DNA of 64,000 bases from an uncultured delta proteobacterium (GCA_963787125.1 CAWBBV010000001.1:448001-512000), one strand, 5' to 3'. Shown: positions 50,433 through 60,833, numbered from the stretch's first letter. The notes: generated by a model from the sequence alone, not told the origin. Translations and numbers: made by a program.

Positions 50433-51206
50433 CTATATCAGTCTGGACACCTTGCCAACCGGAGCTATGTAAATACTGAACTCTTCTTTACCATCAACCT
50501 CCAACAGTTCATCTGCCAAAGTCTGATTGTACGCTGCAATGGCACATGTGCCGGCAGAGATAGCTTCACAGGCAAGATAAAGATTCTGGCAAACATGGCC
50601 GGCATCAAGGGCAATGACTTTATAGGAGGCATCCCCATAGCGCCATTCGGTCCGCTCAGGAATGACTGTCCAGATAAAGGTAACGGCAGCCTGGCCGCTG
50701 AAGTTCTGGCCGTGGGTCGCTGCCGTCAGATGTATTGGCAAGCGGTCTATTCCCCTGACGAACACAAGCGCGTGCTCAAGCGGCAGGTAGCGGTAAATAG
50801 CGCTCTCAAGACCATCTACCCTCAATACAGCAAGATATGTTTCAAAGGGATGGCGGCAGCCAGCAGATGGGACGGTGCGCAGCACTGCCGCTTCATGGAT
50901 CACTGCACGGACACCTTGAGTCGCCCAGAGGAGAAAGGCGAGTTCCTCAAGTGAAAGTGGGTCTGGAGTAAAGCGTCGATGACTCTCCCGGTTGGCTATG
51001 GCCGCCTGCAGATCGCAGGGAGGAATCGACCATGAATCCAGACTGGGCAGGGGAATAATCCTGCTTCCCGGCGGTGCGGGTTTCTGCACGGGTGGCGGCT
51101 GCAAACCACGATTTTGAGCGGTTATCCTGAAGTCCACCTCTTCCCTGATCAGATCGGTCAGAAAGTACCTGCCGCTTGCCGTTGTTATCGTTGGCTGCTT
51201 TTTCAT
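50433..51206 (-). CDS. SagB/ThcOx family nitroreductase-like dehydrogenase
   Basis: RESHRRF, LLWATQG, RTVPSAG and DAGHVCQNLYL. Confidence 0.9.
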   Translation of the reverse strand: MKKQPTITTASGRYFLTDLIREEVDFRITAQNRGLQPPPVQKPAPPGSRIIPLPSLDSWSIPPCDLQAAIANRESHRRFTPDPLSLEELAFLLWATQGVRAVIHEAAVLRTVPSAGCRHPFETYLAVLRVDGLESAIYRYLPLEHALVFVRGIDRLPIHLTAATHGQNFSGQAAVTFIWTVIPERTEWRYGDASYKVIALDAGHVCQNLYLACEAISAGTCAIAAYNQTLADELLEVDGKEEFSIYIAPVGKVSRLI

Positions 51207-51207
51207 G

Positions 51208-51795
51208 TCATAACTCCTTTATCCAGAACTGCATTGGATGCTCACGACTCGTTCCATCAGTTTCAAGCCAGGAGAAGCTTGTAGTGACTGCCGCTATGGC
51301 TTTGAATCCTGTCCGGTTAAGAAACCTCTCTATCGGGAGATAATGCGCAGGGCGGTGCCGATGATCGTCGGGCCGCACTGCTGTGGCACAGGTCAGGTAG
51401 CGGTAGCTGCCTAAAGAGCGAACCTTGTCTTCCATCATGGACAATAGTTTCATCCCCAGACCACGGTTACGGTAAGCCGGATAAAAGAGGAGTTCTCCAA
51501 CATAATAGATGCTGTCAACCGGGTAAGGGGTGGCGGCAAATGGATCGATTAACTCTTTCTGCTCATATTGCAGCGGTATGCCTGTCGCCGCGCCCACGAC
51601 TCTTCCGGCATCAGTTACGGTAATAACACAAGCTTCAGCAGTCTGCGCATATACGCTCAGATAGCGGAGCTCACTCTCGCGCTTACCGTCATACAGGTAA
51701 GGGAACTCTCGGAATATTTCGATCCGGAGCGTGGCAAGAGCATCCAGGCTCTCGTCTACTTCATTCCCTGTCAAAAGCTTAGTGGTTAATGACAT
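51208..51795 (-). CDS. GNAT family N-acetyltransferase
   Basis: LRIEIFREFPYLYDG and YRNRGLG acetyl-CoA motif. Confidence 0.85.
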   Translation of the reverse strand: MSLTTKLLTGNEVDESLDALATLRIEIFREFPYLYDGKRESELRYLSVYAQTAEACVITVTDAGRVVGAATGIPLQYEQKELIDPFAATPYPVDSIYYVGELLFYPAYRNRGLGMKLLSMMEDKVRSLGSYRYLTCATAVRPDDHRHRPAHYLPIERFLNRTGFKAIAAVTTSFSWLETDGTSREHPMQFWIKEL

Positions 51796-51904
51796 GATAC
51801 ATTACCTTCGTTGTGATTCATATACGCCTTCCTCTCCACGGCCAGAATGGTATTGTGATCACCCGCTCGAATAAGTGTTCAGACCTATGGTAACCTGTTT
51901 ACCG

Positions 51905-51977
51905 ACAACTGGCTCGAGTTAAAACAAAGCAAGCCAGACAAAAGTGCCTGCCTTTCTAATTTAATGCGTTGTTCTTA
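51905..51977 (+). repeat. Palindromic repeat, attC-like copy 2
   Basis: GCTCGAGTT..AAGCCAGACAAAAGTGCCTGCCTTTC..GTTGTT, aligns with the 49408 copy. Confidence 0.45.
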
Positions 51978-52097
51978 TCCAGTGATCCGCCATGTATTAA
52001 AAGAACTCAGAAAAATTCTTTTACAATGAACGGCTTCAATATATTGTGAGCATAGTAAAAAGCATTTGCATCCCGTCCCATGTTTTTAGAGGCAAAA

Positions 52098-52397
52098 ATG
52101 ACCATCGGCGAAACACTTTCAAGGAAATCCCGCCTTAATATCGTTGCAGGGATTATAAGTTGGCTTGCCTACGCCGCTTCTATTTACGCCTCAAACAGAA
52201 CAGGTAATAGCCTGTTACCTATATTTTTTCTTTTACCCTTCTTGTACATCGCATTCAGGCAAATTCTCTTTATGCGCTGCCCACGATGCAAAGGGAGACT
52301 TGGGCAACAGTTGGCTCTGGCATCTGCGCCATGGTCACGAAATAAGCAAGTGACACATTGCCCCCATTGCAAAGTCAATTTCAATGACCCTCTCTGA
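52098..52397 (+). CDS. Small membrane protein with zinc-ribbon motifs
   Basis: Two TM segments, CPRC and CPHC. Confidence 0.55.
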   Translation: MTIGETLSRKSRLNIVAGIISWLAYAASIYASNRTGNSLLPIFFLLPFLYIAFRQILFMRCPRCKGRLGQQLALASAPWSRNKQVTHCPHCKVNFNDPL

Positions 52398-52591
52398 TGA
52401 CTGTCTCCCTGACAAATGGGGAAGTTTGTGGGTGGGCGGTCAAATCACTCATATGGAAAGAAGAGAATGTTTCACGAAGTACTACTGAATTTCCATTAAG
52501 AATAGATCAGGTTTTACGAGCTGATCTACGACAAAAGCGGCAAAAGTGGTCTCCGGAAGGACTTGAAGCGTGACGTCTGAAACTCCCCGAT

Positions 52592-52900
52592 TTGATTTAC
52601 GCCTGGCTTATTGGAGTAGGTCTTGGCCGGGCACTTTTTCAGGCAGCAAATAATGCTGCTGTCCTTTCACAAGCGCCAGAAGGAACAACTACTGTCGCAT
52701 CAGGTCTTCTTTCCATCGCCCGCGTATCGGGGCAGGCACTGGGGAGTGTCCTTGCAGGCACACTTTGGGGTGCATTGGAGCACTCCGGCTCAAGATATGC
52801 CTTTCTGGTGATCAATTTAATTCTTGGTGGAGTTGCAGCTCTGTCAGGTTTACTGATCATAGGTCGAAGCAGAATCGGCAGGCAAGCTTTACGAGAATAG
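52592..52900 (+). pseudogene. C-terminal fragment of an MFS (DHA2-like) transporter
   Basis: GLGRALFQAANNAAVL..AP....ASGLL..AR..GQALG; N-terminal helices absent. Confidence 0.7.
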
Positions 52901-53184
52901 TTCATGCAGCATTGTCCTATCATGGTATGCCCCCGTCATGGTCAAGAATCCAGACATGACTACGACAATGTTGTTTTCAACTATTTCGATCCGGAGGATT
53001 GCCAAAAGACATTTTAGCTGGGCGGCCGACTTAAAGAATCTGTTGAAAATTAACCCGGCAAAAGAATCTGACCCCCTCCGAAATGTGATACGGAAATTTA
53101 TTCAGGGGTGCTTTTAGGGGTAGCTCATAAAATCCAACAAGTGATATATAAATTATTACAGTATGTTGCATTATTAGTTATACT

Positions 53185-53279
53185 GACTACCTCCAGTAAA
53201 AACAAGGGGTTACAGCTTGATGCTGGAACCCTTTTTTTTATAGCCTGACAAGTGTGAACGTATGCGTGAACGTTTAAAG
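53185..53279 (+). repeat. att-like junction repeat, copy 2 (probable right end of the island)
   Basis: GACTACCTCCAGTAAAAACAAGGGGTTACAG..CTGGAACCCTTTT..AAGTGTGAACGTATGCGTGAACGTTTAAAG. Confidence 0.8.
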
Positions 53280-53485
53280 GTGTGCTTGCAGAGTGATATA
53301 GGACTGACATAGGAGTTCTTTATATGAATTTTTCCAGAATAAAATGTGGCAACTACCCGCGCCAGAACTGCTTTTTACTTCGTTAAGATTAACCGGGTGG
53401 AAGTATTCACAAAGAGATACAGCTTTAAAATTATATCTCATTTTGTTTATAATCTAACGCTTATAGGTTGGAAAACGGAGGTCTT

Positions 53486-55495
53486 ATGCCAATAACAACC
53501 CATCGCTCTGTCTGCCCTTACGACTGCCCGGACGCCTGCGGGCTGCTTGTGGAGGTTGAAGACGGTCGCGCCGTGAAGGTGAGTGGCGATCCTGATCATC
53601 CTTACACCAGGGGCTCTCTCTGCGCCAAGATGCAGCGCTATGAACTGACGGTCCACTCCGAAAGGCGGCTGACGACACCGCTTTTGCGCAATGGCAAGAA
53701 GGGTGACGGCTTGTTCGTGCCGATCTCCTGGGACGAAGCGATTCAGCGTATTGCCGAAGAATGGCGCAAAATCATTGCCGATTTCGGCGCAGAGGCGATT
53801 CTGCCCTACTCTTATGCCGGCACAATGGGGATTGTGCAGCGGAACAGCGGGCACCCCTTCTTCCATCGGCTCGGTGCTTCACGGCTGGACAGGACGATCT
53901 GTTCGCCGGCAAAGAGCGCCGGCTGGAAAGCCGTCATGGGGGATACGCCGACTGTTGATCCTGATGAGGTGGTCAACAGCGATCTGGTCATTCTCTGGGG
54001 GATCAATGCGGCGGCGACCTCAATCCACTTTATGCACCGGGTCCATGAAGCGAAGAAAAAGGGGGCCAAGGTCTGGCTGATTGATACTTATAAAACGCCG
54101 ACTGCTGCGGCTGCCGACAGGGTTTTTCTGGTCAGGCCGGGAAGTGACGGCGCACTGGCCCTGGCGCTCATGCATATCCTGCAACGTGATGATCTGGTGA
54201 ATAGGAGGTTCATTGTGGAGAAGGTGCAGGGTTTTGCGCGCTTCACTGCCGAGATACTTCCTGACTGGACGCCGGCAGCTGCCAGCCGGGTGACGGGTGT
54301 TCCGCTTGCCGAGATAGAACTGATGGCTGCAGCCTACGCCGCGGCCAAGGCGCCGTTCATCAGGATCGGTAGCGGTCTTTCCCGCTACGGCAACGGCGCC
54401 ATGACGGTCAGGACGATTGCCTGTCTGCCAGCACTTGTGGGCGCTTACGGCAAGCGTGGTGCAGGCTGTTTCCCTGACACGTCCACCGGCGCTGCTCTTG
54501 CCATGAGCGAAGTGCTTCGTGAGGATTTTATGGCAGTGCCGACCAGGGTCATCAATATGAACCAACTCGGTGACGCTCTTGGCAAATTGAACGACCCGCC
54601 GGTGAAGTCACTGTACGTGTATCACAGCAACCCGGCGGCAATTACCCCCGATCAAAATGCCGTCATCGCCGGGCTGATGCGCAACGACCTTTTTACGGTT
54701 GTGCACGAACGTTTCATGACCGACACCGCCCGTTATGCCGATATTGTCCTGCCAGCCACCTCTTCGCTGGAACACCCGGATATTTACCGGGCCTATGGAA
54801 CCTACTGCCTGCAGCGAGCCGGTCAAGTTGTCCCAGCCGTTGGCAGCAGCCGGTCAAACAGCCAGGTTTTCGCGTTGCTGGCAGCGGCAATGGGTTTTGA
54901 GGAAGATTTCTTTCGTCAGGATACGGACAGGCTCATTGACCAGCTGCTGGCTTTGCCGTCTCCGCTGCGAAGAGAAATTGACCTTCAGCGACTCACTGCC
55001 GGGAAAGCTGTCCGGCTGGATGTGACAACGGATCAGAGCCGTTTTTTGACCCCTTCAGGCAAGATTGAAATCCTCAACCCTGTTGAAAAGGAGCCGCTGC
55101 CGCGCTATCTGCCGACACATGAAGACGGGGGCGTATTGCCGCTGCGCTTGATGACAGCGCCATCGATTCATGCACTGAACGCGTCGTTCTACGAGCGTGA
55201 TGACTTAAGGGAGAAGCAGGACAGGATGTCCCTGCTGATGAATCCAGAAGATGCAAAGGTGCGGAACCTGCTCGACGGGGAGGTTGTTACCGCCTGGAAC
55301 AGTCTTGGGACAGTGAATTTTTTCTTGAAGGTGACAGCAGCGGTGCCGGTAGGGGTCGTGGTTGCCGAGGGGGTCTGGTGGCTGGAATTTGCTCCGGGCA
55401 AGAGTTCTGTTAATGCCCTTGTGTCACAACGACTCACCGATCAGGGCGGGGGCAGCACTTTTTATGACAACAGCGTTGATGTCAGGAAAGCCTGA
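53486..55495 (+). CDS. Cytoplasmic molybdopterin oxidoreductase (DMSO reductase family)
   Basis: CPYDCPDAC..LCAK 4Fe-4S motif, ISWDEA, TDTARYADIVLPA; no Tat signal. Confidence 0.9.
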   Translation: MPITTHRSVCPYDCPDACGLLVEVEDGRAVKVSGDPDHPYTRGSLCAKMQRYELTVHSERRLTTPLLRNGKKGDGLFVPISWDEAIQRIAEEWRKIIADFGAEAILPYSYAGTMGIVQRNSGHPFFHRLGASRLDRTICSPAKSAGWKAVMGDTPTVDPDEVVNSDLVILWGINAAATSIHFMHRVHEAKKKGAKVWLIDTYKTPTAAAADRVFLVRPGSDGALALALMHILQRDDLVNRRFIVEKVQGFARFTAEILPDWTPAAASRVTGVPLAEIELMAAAYAAAKAPFIRIGSGLSRYGNGAMTVRTIACLPALVGAYGKRGAGCFPDTSTGAALAMSEVLREDFMAVPTRVINMNQLGDALGKLNDPPVKSLYVYHSNPAAITPDQNAVIAGLMRNDLFTVVHERFMTDTARYADIVLPATSSLEHPDIYRAYGTYCLQRAGQVVPAVGSSRSNSQVFALLAAAMGFEEDFFRQDTDRLIDQLLALPSPLRREIDLQRLTAGKAVRLDVTTDQSRFLTPSGKIEILNPVEKEPLPRYLPTHEDGGVLPLRLMTAPSIHALNASFYERDDLREKQDRMSLLMNPEDAKVRNLLDGEVVTAWNSLGTVNFFLKVTAAVPVGVVVAEGVWWLEFAPGKSSVNALVSQRLTDQGGGSTFYDNSVDVRKA

Positions 55496-55505
55496 GATTC
55501 TGAGC

Positions 55506-56222
55506 TCACTCTTTTTTACCAAGCGCTTCTTCAAAGTAGGTCTCAATTAAGGCGATGACTGAAGGGTCGATGTCGGTGAATTCGACGCCTACCCCGGCAG
55601 GATAGCCAGGTTTCTTGAGTGAATCGGCGTTGTTCTCCCAGGCTACTCTGGCTCTTGCCGCCACGAGGACATTATTGCCACTCAACGGCAGGGAGAATGA
55701 GAGATCAATCGGGTCATCGGGCATGGCATCGCCGGGAAGGGCAATAAAGAGGCCTCCCTGACTGATATCGGTAATCATGCCGTAACGCGGCTCGCCGTTT
55801 TTTAGAAACTGGACATCGGCAGAAAGGCTGAAGCGGCGCCTGCGCCGTTCAAAATCCGCGATGTTTTTCCGCCCTTTTTCCAGAAAGATCTTGCCGTTTA
55901 TCGGTTTTGTTATGTAATCATCGCAGCCTGCTGCCCGGCAGGAAAGCTCGTCCTCCTCTCGCCCGGCAGTTGTTACCATGATGACGGGAATCCCCTTGGT
56001 GGAGGGGTCGGCTTTCAGTGCTCGGCAACAGGTCGGTCCGTCCATTATCGGCATGTTCAGGTCGAGATAGATCAGGTCAGGATGTTCGCGCTTGACGATT
56101 TCCAAAGCTTCAGCGCCGTTGTGCGCCACCAGGATATCAACCGGTAACCCCTTTAGAAAGGCTTTTTCAAGTTCAAGAAGAAGATGGACATCATCAACCA
56201 GCAGGATTTTCTTTCTCGACAT
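55506..56222 (-). CDS. Response regulator receiver + PilZ domain protein
   Basis: LLVDD, DLNMP, KP; RRRRRF and DISQGG PilZ motifs. Confidence 0.9.
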   Translation of the reverse strand: MSRKKILLVDDVHLLLELEKAFLKGLPVDILVAHNGAEALEIVKREHPDLIYLDLNMPIMDGPTCCRALKADPSTKGIPVIMVTTAGREEDELSCRAAGCDDYITKPINGKIFLEKGRKNIADFERRRRRFSLSADVQFLKNGEPRYGMITDISQGGLFIALPGDAMPDDPIDLSFSLPLSGNNVLVAARARVAWENNADSLKKPGYPAGVGVEFTDIDPSVIALIETYFEEALGKKE

Positions 56223-56285
56223 GGGACTTTCTCCTTGTTAAAAAAAATACCACAAGAATATTGATAGGGCAATTCATACCGCAAA

Positions 56286-57326
56286 ATGAGATTGAAACCG
56301 GAACTCAGCATAATAATACCGACTCTCAACGAAGAGGAAAGCCTGCAAGGGCTGCTATTGTCACTTGCCTTACAGGTTGAGGTCGAGCTGGAGGTTATCA
56401 TCGCCGATGGTGGTTCTGCTGATCTTACCTGCACAGTTGCTGTGGAATCCGGAATGGTGATTACCGTGCTTAAGGGGAGGAAGGGGCGAGCCCTGCAGCT
56501 CAATAGTGGCGCCGCAGTGGCACATGGGACCAATCTTCTTTTTCTCCACGCTGATTCAGAATTTAGTGACCGGCGGGCGTTAAGGAAGTCACTCGACTTT
56601 CTTCGGCTGAGTTCGATGCAGGACTCCGGACGTTCAGCTGCCGGGCATTTTGCCATCAACTTCAGAGTAAGCGTGGAGAGCAGTCAGTCAGGCTACAGCT
56701 ATCTGGAGCGCAAGGCGGGACTGAACCGCAAAGGCTGTTCTCATGGCGATCAGGGGATTCTGATTCCGGCGGAGCTCTTCAGCAAATACGATCGTTTTGA
56801 CGAAAGCTGTCAAATGCTGGCAGAAACGCGCTTTGCGGACAGCTTGCGTGATAATGGCGAGTGGCTGTTGCTGCCTGCGGTGATAACCACTTCTGCCCGG
56901 CGTTTTGAATGTGAAGGGCTGAAAGAAAGGCAGATTCTCAACGCCGTCATCATGGCTCTTGGCGCCTGTGGACGGGAAGAATTGCTTGACCTGCCGGGGC
57001 TCTACCTGCCGCCGCAGCAGGGGTCAAAACTGCAGTTGCAACCGTTTTTCAGGGAAATAGAAAAAGGATTATCGGCTCTTGAAACAGGAGTGCGGGTTGA
57101 TTTCTGGAGAAAAACCGGAGAATATGTCTGTGAAAACGCCTGGCAGATACCGTTCTGGATTGATGTTCTGCTTGATTACCGCGGTACTTCCAGCCGGCAA
57201 GAGGGGAGTAATCGACTGCTTGAGTTTTATGATCGCCATTTGCAACGAATTGTTAACAGCAGGATCACAGCGCGGCTTGCAGCTTGTGCAAGCCGTGTCT
57301 GGCTTTGGTGTATGGCCAGGTTGTGA
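56286..57326 (+). CDS. GT2-family glycosyltransferase (rSAM/selenodomain-associated type)
   Basis: SIIIPTLNEE, ADGGSAD, GRALQLNSGA, FLHAD, GDQG and TSARRF. Confidence 0.8.
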   Translation: MRLKPELSIIIPTLNEEESLQGLLLSLALQVEVELEVIIADGGSADLTCTVAVESGMVITVLKGRKGRALQLNSGAAVAHGTNLLFLHADSEFSDRRALRKSLDFLRLSSMQDSGRSAAGHFAINFRVSVESSQSGYSYLERKAGLNRKGCSHGDQGILIPAELFSKYDRFDESCQMLAETRFADSLRDNGEWLLLPAVITTSARRFECEGLKERQILNAVIMALGACGREELLDLPGLYLPPQQGSKLQLQPFFREIEKGLSALETGVRVDFWRKTGEYVCENAWQIPFWIDVLLDYRGTSSRQEGSNRLLEFYDRHLQRIVNSRITARLAACASRVWLWCMARL

Positions 57327-57329
57327 TCG

Positions 57330-57506
57330 CTACTTCTGCTTGGCAGGCTTGATGATGTCTACTTCTGATTCGCCTTCTACTGATTGGTGTCGCCAGACAA
57401 GGCCGCAGGCACCGCACTCCTTGACCGGGTTTTCGTCAGAAGTGAAGCCTTCGGAGTGAAGGTCGATTGATATTGATTTCCTTTCGCCACAGTTTGGACA
57501 TTTCAT
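57330..57506 (-). CDS. 58-aa zinc-ribbon protein (not in the ORF track)
   Basis: AAGGAG RBS; MKCPNCG...KECGACGLVW, read manually. Confidence 0.75.
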   Translation of the reverse strand: MKCPNCGERKSISIDLHSEGFTSDENPVKECGACGLVWRHQSVEGESEVDIIKPAKQK

Positions 57507-57529
57507 GATTCTCTCCTTATTCTACCGCA

Positions 57530-58609
57530 CTAAATTTTACCGAGACAATCCTCAATCACGGCAGTGAACTCCCGCAGATCTTCCGGCTGCATATCACCCA
57601 TGTGGGCAATTCGGAAAGTCTTCCCTTTGATCTTACCATAACCGTCATCAAAAGCATAACCGCGTTCGCCGAGCATCTTCTTGAGCGCTGCCAGATCAGT
57701 TCCTATGGTGTTGACGGCACAGGTCAGTGTCCGGGAGCAGTAGCGCTCTTCAGGGAAAAGTCCGTAACCCTGAGCTATTACCCAGCTGCGAACCTGCTCG
57801 GCCATGATGCGGTGCCGCTCCCATCTTGCTTCAAGACCCTCGGCAAAGAACCGTTCAAGCTGTTTGTCGAGGGCGTAGATCAAAGAGATGCAAGGGGTTG
57901 ACGGAGTGTTGTCCTTGTCATCATTAACAGCAAACTCAAGGAAATCGAAGTAGTAACCGCGCCCCTCAATCGTTGCAGCCCGTGCCAGAGCCTTCTCTGA
58001 GGCGGTAAAGACTGCCAGACCGGGTGGCAGAGCAAACGCCTTTTGCACGCCAAAGATGCAGCAGTCGATACCAAGTTCGTCCAGTGGTATTTTGACCGCG
58101 CTCATGGAAGAGACCGTGTCGATAATGGAGACTACCTCAGGGTAGCGGCGCAGCACTGCACAAATATCCTCAAGCGGGGACATGACGCCGGTTGAGGTTT
58201 CGTTATGGATCAAGGTCATCGAATCATATCTGCCGGTGGCAAGCGCCTCTTCCACCATTTCGGGCGTGATCGGCTTGCCCCACTCAACCTTGAAGGCGTC
58301 GGCCTCTTTGCCGCAGCGCTTGGTGACGTCGTGCCACTTGTCAGAAAAAGCGCCATTGCAGAAATTGGCGCACCTTTTGCCAACCAGGTTGCGAACTGCC
58401 CCTTCCATGACGCCAAAAGCGCTGGAAGTCGCAAGGAATACCCGCCCTTCTGTAAAGAGGAGTTTCCTCAGATTCGCTTTGATGCGGGCATGAATGACGG
58501 CGTACTCTTTCATGCGATGACCGATCATCGGGGTCGACATAGTTGCCAGGATCTCCGGCGCGATTTCGACCGGGCCGGGGATGAAGAGTTTTTTGTGGGC
58601 AGATGGCAT
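57530..58609 (-). CDS. Class V PLP aminotransferase (serine-pyruvate/alanine-glyoxylate type)
   Basis: LFIPGP, HNETSTGV, DTVSS, QKAFALPPGL and FRIAHMG. Confidence 0.9.
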   Translation of the reverse strand: MPSAHKKLFIPGPVEIAPEILATMSTPMIGHRMKEYAVIHARIKANLRKLLFTEGRVFLATSSAFGVMEGAVRNLVGKRCANFCNGAFSDKWHDVTKRCGKEADAFKVEWGKPITPEMVEEALATGRYDSMTLIHNETSTGVMSPLEDICAVLRRYPEVVSIIDTVSSMSAVKIPLDELGIDCCIFGVQKAFALPPGLAVFTASEKALARAATIEGRGYYFDFLEFAVNDDKDNTPSTPCISLIYALDKQLERFFAEGLEARWERHRIMAEQVRSWVIAQGYGLFPEERYCSRTLTCAVNTIGTDLAALKKMLGERGYAFDDGYGKIKGKTFRIAHMGDMQPEDLREFTAVIEDCLGKI

Positions 58610-58893
58610 ATTATCCAATCCTTTTAACAACCTTAATTATTTCATTAAATTAGCAAATTGCGACGCTGCTGTCAAGCGCCGGCGCTACCCTGATCGGCTG
58701 CTGAAAGCCGGCAGAAAAGCGATAAAATACCGACACTTTTGTATACAGCATACCGGTTTTTTTGATTGCATTTATGTTAACCCTCTTTTATCATGCGTTC
58801 TTGATTAAGCCCCTAAAATATGTTTTAACTAATAAAACATCGTTTAACTGCCATACATATCATCGGTACAAATTTAGCAACGGAGGAAAAAAG

Positions 58894-60777
58894 ATGTTCA
58901 AATGGAAAACGGTTTATGCAGCGATCTCATTCTTACTAATGACGGTTGCCTCAACAGCGTTTGCAGAGCAGGGGATGGCGATTGACCCTGCAACCTGTCT
59001 CGGTTGTCACAGCAACAAGATGTCGATCAGCGGTTTTGCCGCCTCTGTCCACGGCAAGAACGGTTGTACCAGCTGCCATGTCGAAATAACCGATCTTGCC
59101 AAGCATATGCGCGGGGAGACCAAAGTCTACAAGGTCGCTTGCGAAAGGTGTCACAAGAAAGAGAACGCCGAACATTACAACAGCATCCATGTGCAGAAAA
59201 ATGTTCGTTGTGCTGACTGTCACACAGACATTCACACCCATACTCATTGGAAAAAAGACAAGAAAATTGCCGTGGCAAAGTGCATCCAGTGCCACGACAA
59301 GGAGTCGATGTACCGGAATTCCGTCCATGGCAAGGCGGTAGCCGCGGGTAACATGGACTCTGCCGCCTGTCACGACTGTCATAATCTTCACGAGGTGCGC
59401 CCTCTGGTCAAAGGTTCTTATGAAGAGCGCCTGTTCCACTCGAAAGTCTGCATGAAATGCCATGCAGATGAAAAGCTGATGAGGAAGAACGGCGTTACCA
59501 ATGTAGCCGTCAAGTCGTACCTTGACAGCTACCATGGCAAAAACTATAAACTCGGTTTCCCCGAGAAGGTCGCAGGCTGCGCTGACTGCCACTCTGCCCA
59601 CTCGATTCTTCCCAAGAGCGATCCAAACTCAAACCTGCACCCCAATAACCTGGTGAAGATGTGTGCCAATTGCCACCCCAAGGCGACTCCGGCATTTGCC
59701 AAATACTACGCCCACGGCACCCATGACCGGGAAAAATACCCTCTGCTTTTCTACACCTTTGTTGCCATGACAGGTCTGTTGCTCGGCACATTTGCGGTGT
59801 TCTGGGTGCATACCCTGCTCTGGATGTTCAGGGGCTTTGTGGAAAATCGTGAAAAAGCCGATGCGCTCCAGGCCGGGCATGCCCATCACATTCATGTTAC
59901 TGATGCTGGGACACATCTTCATGTCATTCCAGATGCTCACAAGCAGTACCGTCGCTTTAACAGGATCCATATCTTTCTGCATCTGCTGGTAATCACCAGC
60001 TTCCTCGGGCTCTCGCTTACCGGTCTGCCGTTGAAGTTCAGCGATCAGGCCTGGGCAATCTTCATGATGAAGCTTTACGGTGGCTCAGCCAACGCAGGGT
60101 TCTGGCACCGTATCTGCGCCGGCATCACTTTTGTTTACTTCGGCTCGGCAATCGTCATGAGTATCAACTTCCTTTTCTTCAAAAAAGATATCAAAGGGAA
60201 CCCTTTGCAGAGGCTGTTCGGCCCGGATTCGCTCTGTCCGAACCTACGCGATATCTTCGATGTGATCAACATGGTCAAGTGGTTCTTCTTTAAGGGGCCA
60301 AAGCCGACTTTCGAGCGGTGGACGTACTGGGAGAAATTCGACTTCATCGCGGTCTTCTGGGGTATGTTTGCTATTGGAGGTTCAGGTCTGATGCTCTGGT
60401 TCCCGGAAATTTTCGGCATGTTCCTGCCTGGGTGGGCCTTTAATATAGCCACAATCGTTCATTCTGACGAAGCGCTCCTGGCAACAGGCTTCATCTTCTC
60501 GGTTCACTTCTTCAATACCCACGGTCGCCCGGAGAAGTTCCCGATGGACTTTGTAATTTTCAACGGCCAGATCTCCAAAGAGGAGATGATTGAAGAGCGT
60601 GGCGATCAGTGGAAACGCTACGAAAAAGACGGCATTACCGAGAAGTTCGCTGCCAAGCGTACCAGCGGCATCGTCTACGACTTCCTGGTAAAAGGGTTTG
60701 GTTTCACGGCGCTGATGATAGGGATAGGTCTGTTGATGCTGATGATAATAGCTTTTCTCGGCGGTGGTTCTCACTAA
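58894..60777 (+). CDS. cbcL: Inner-membrane nonaheme cytochrome c / cytochrome b fusion CbcL
   Basis: Nine CXXCH motifs followed by a diheme cytochrome b domain (LTGLPLKF, WTYWEKFDF, VHSDEALLA, HFFNTH). Confidence 0.85.
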   Translation: MFKWKTVYAAISFLLMTVASTAFAEQGMAIDPATCLGCHSNKMSISGFAASVHGKNGCTSCHVEITDLAKHMRGETKVYKVACERCHKKENAEHYNSIHVQKNVRCADCHTDIHTHTHWKKDKKIAVAKCIQCHDKESMYRNSVHGKAVAAGNMDSAACHDCHNLHEVRPLVKGSYEERLFHSKVCMKCHADEKLMRKNGVTNVAVKSYLDSYHGKNYKLGFPEKVAGCADCHSAHSILPKSDPNSNLHPNNLVKMCANCHPKATPAFAKYYAHGTHDREKYPLLFYTFVAMTGLLLGTFAVFWVHTLLWMFRGFVENREKADALQAGHAHHIHVTDAGTHLHVIPDAHKQYRRFNRIHIFLHLLVITSFLGLSLTGLPLKFSDQAWAIFMMKLYGGSANAGFWHRICAGITFVYFGSAIVMSINFLFFKKDIKGNPLQRLFGPDSLCPNLRDIFDVINMVKWFFFKGPKPTFERWTYWEKFDFIAVFWGMFAIGGSGLMLWFPEIFGMFLPGWAFNIATIVHSDEALLATGFIFSVHFFNTHGRPEKFPMDFVIFNGQISKEEMIEERGDQWKRYEKDGITEKFAAKRTSGIVYDFLVKGFGFTALMIGIGLLMLMIIAFLGGGSH

Positions 60778-60801
60778 CCAGAGAACTTCATAAGTAACAC
60801 C

Positions 60802-60833
60802 AAAAAAGGCTGCCGAAATGGCAGCCTTTTTTT
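60802..60833. terminator. Bidirectional rho-independent terminator
   Basis: AAAAAAGGCTGCC-GAAAT-GGCAGCCTTTTTT between convergent genes. Confidence 0.85.

Larger units (their letters stand above)
28779..53190. mobile_element. Composite genomic island(s) at tRNA-Ser; two modules separated by att-like junctions
   Basis: Starts at the tRNA 3' end; contains R-M, AlpA, helicase, Y-recombinase, SRAP and AT-rich cargo; tRNA-end-like repeats at 44703 and 53185. Confidence 0.75.

Noticed and set aside
53060..53078. AATCTGACCCC REP-like motif
   Set aside because: Single copy with no inverted partner
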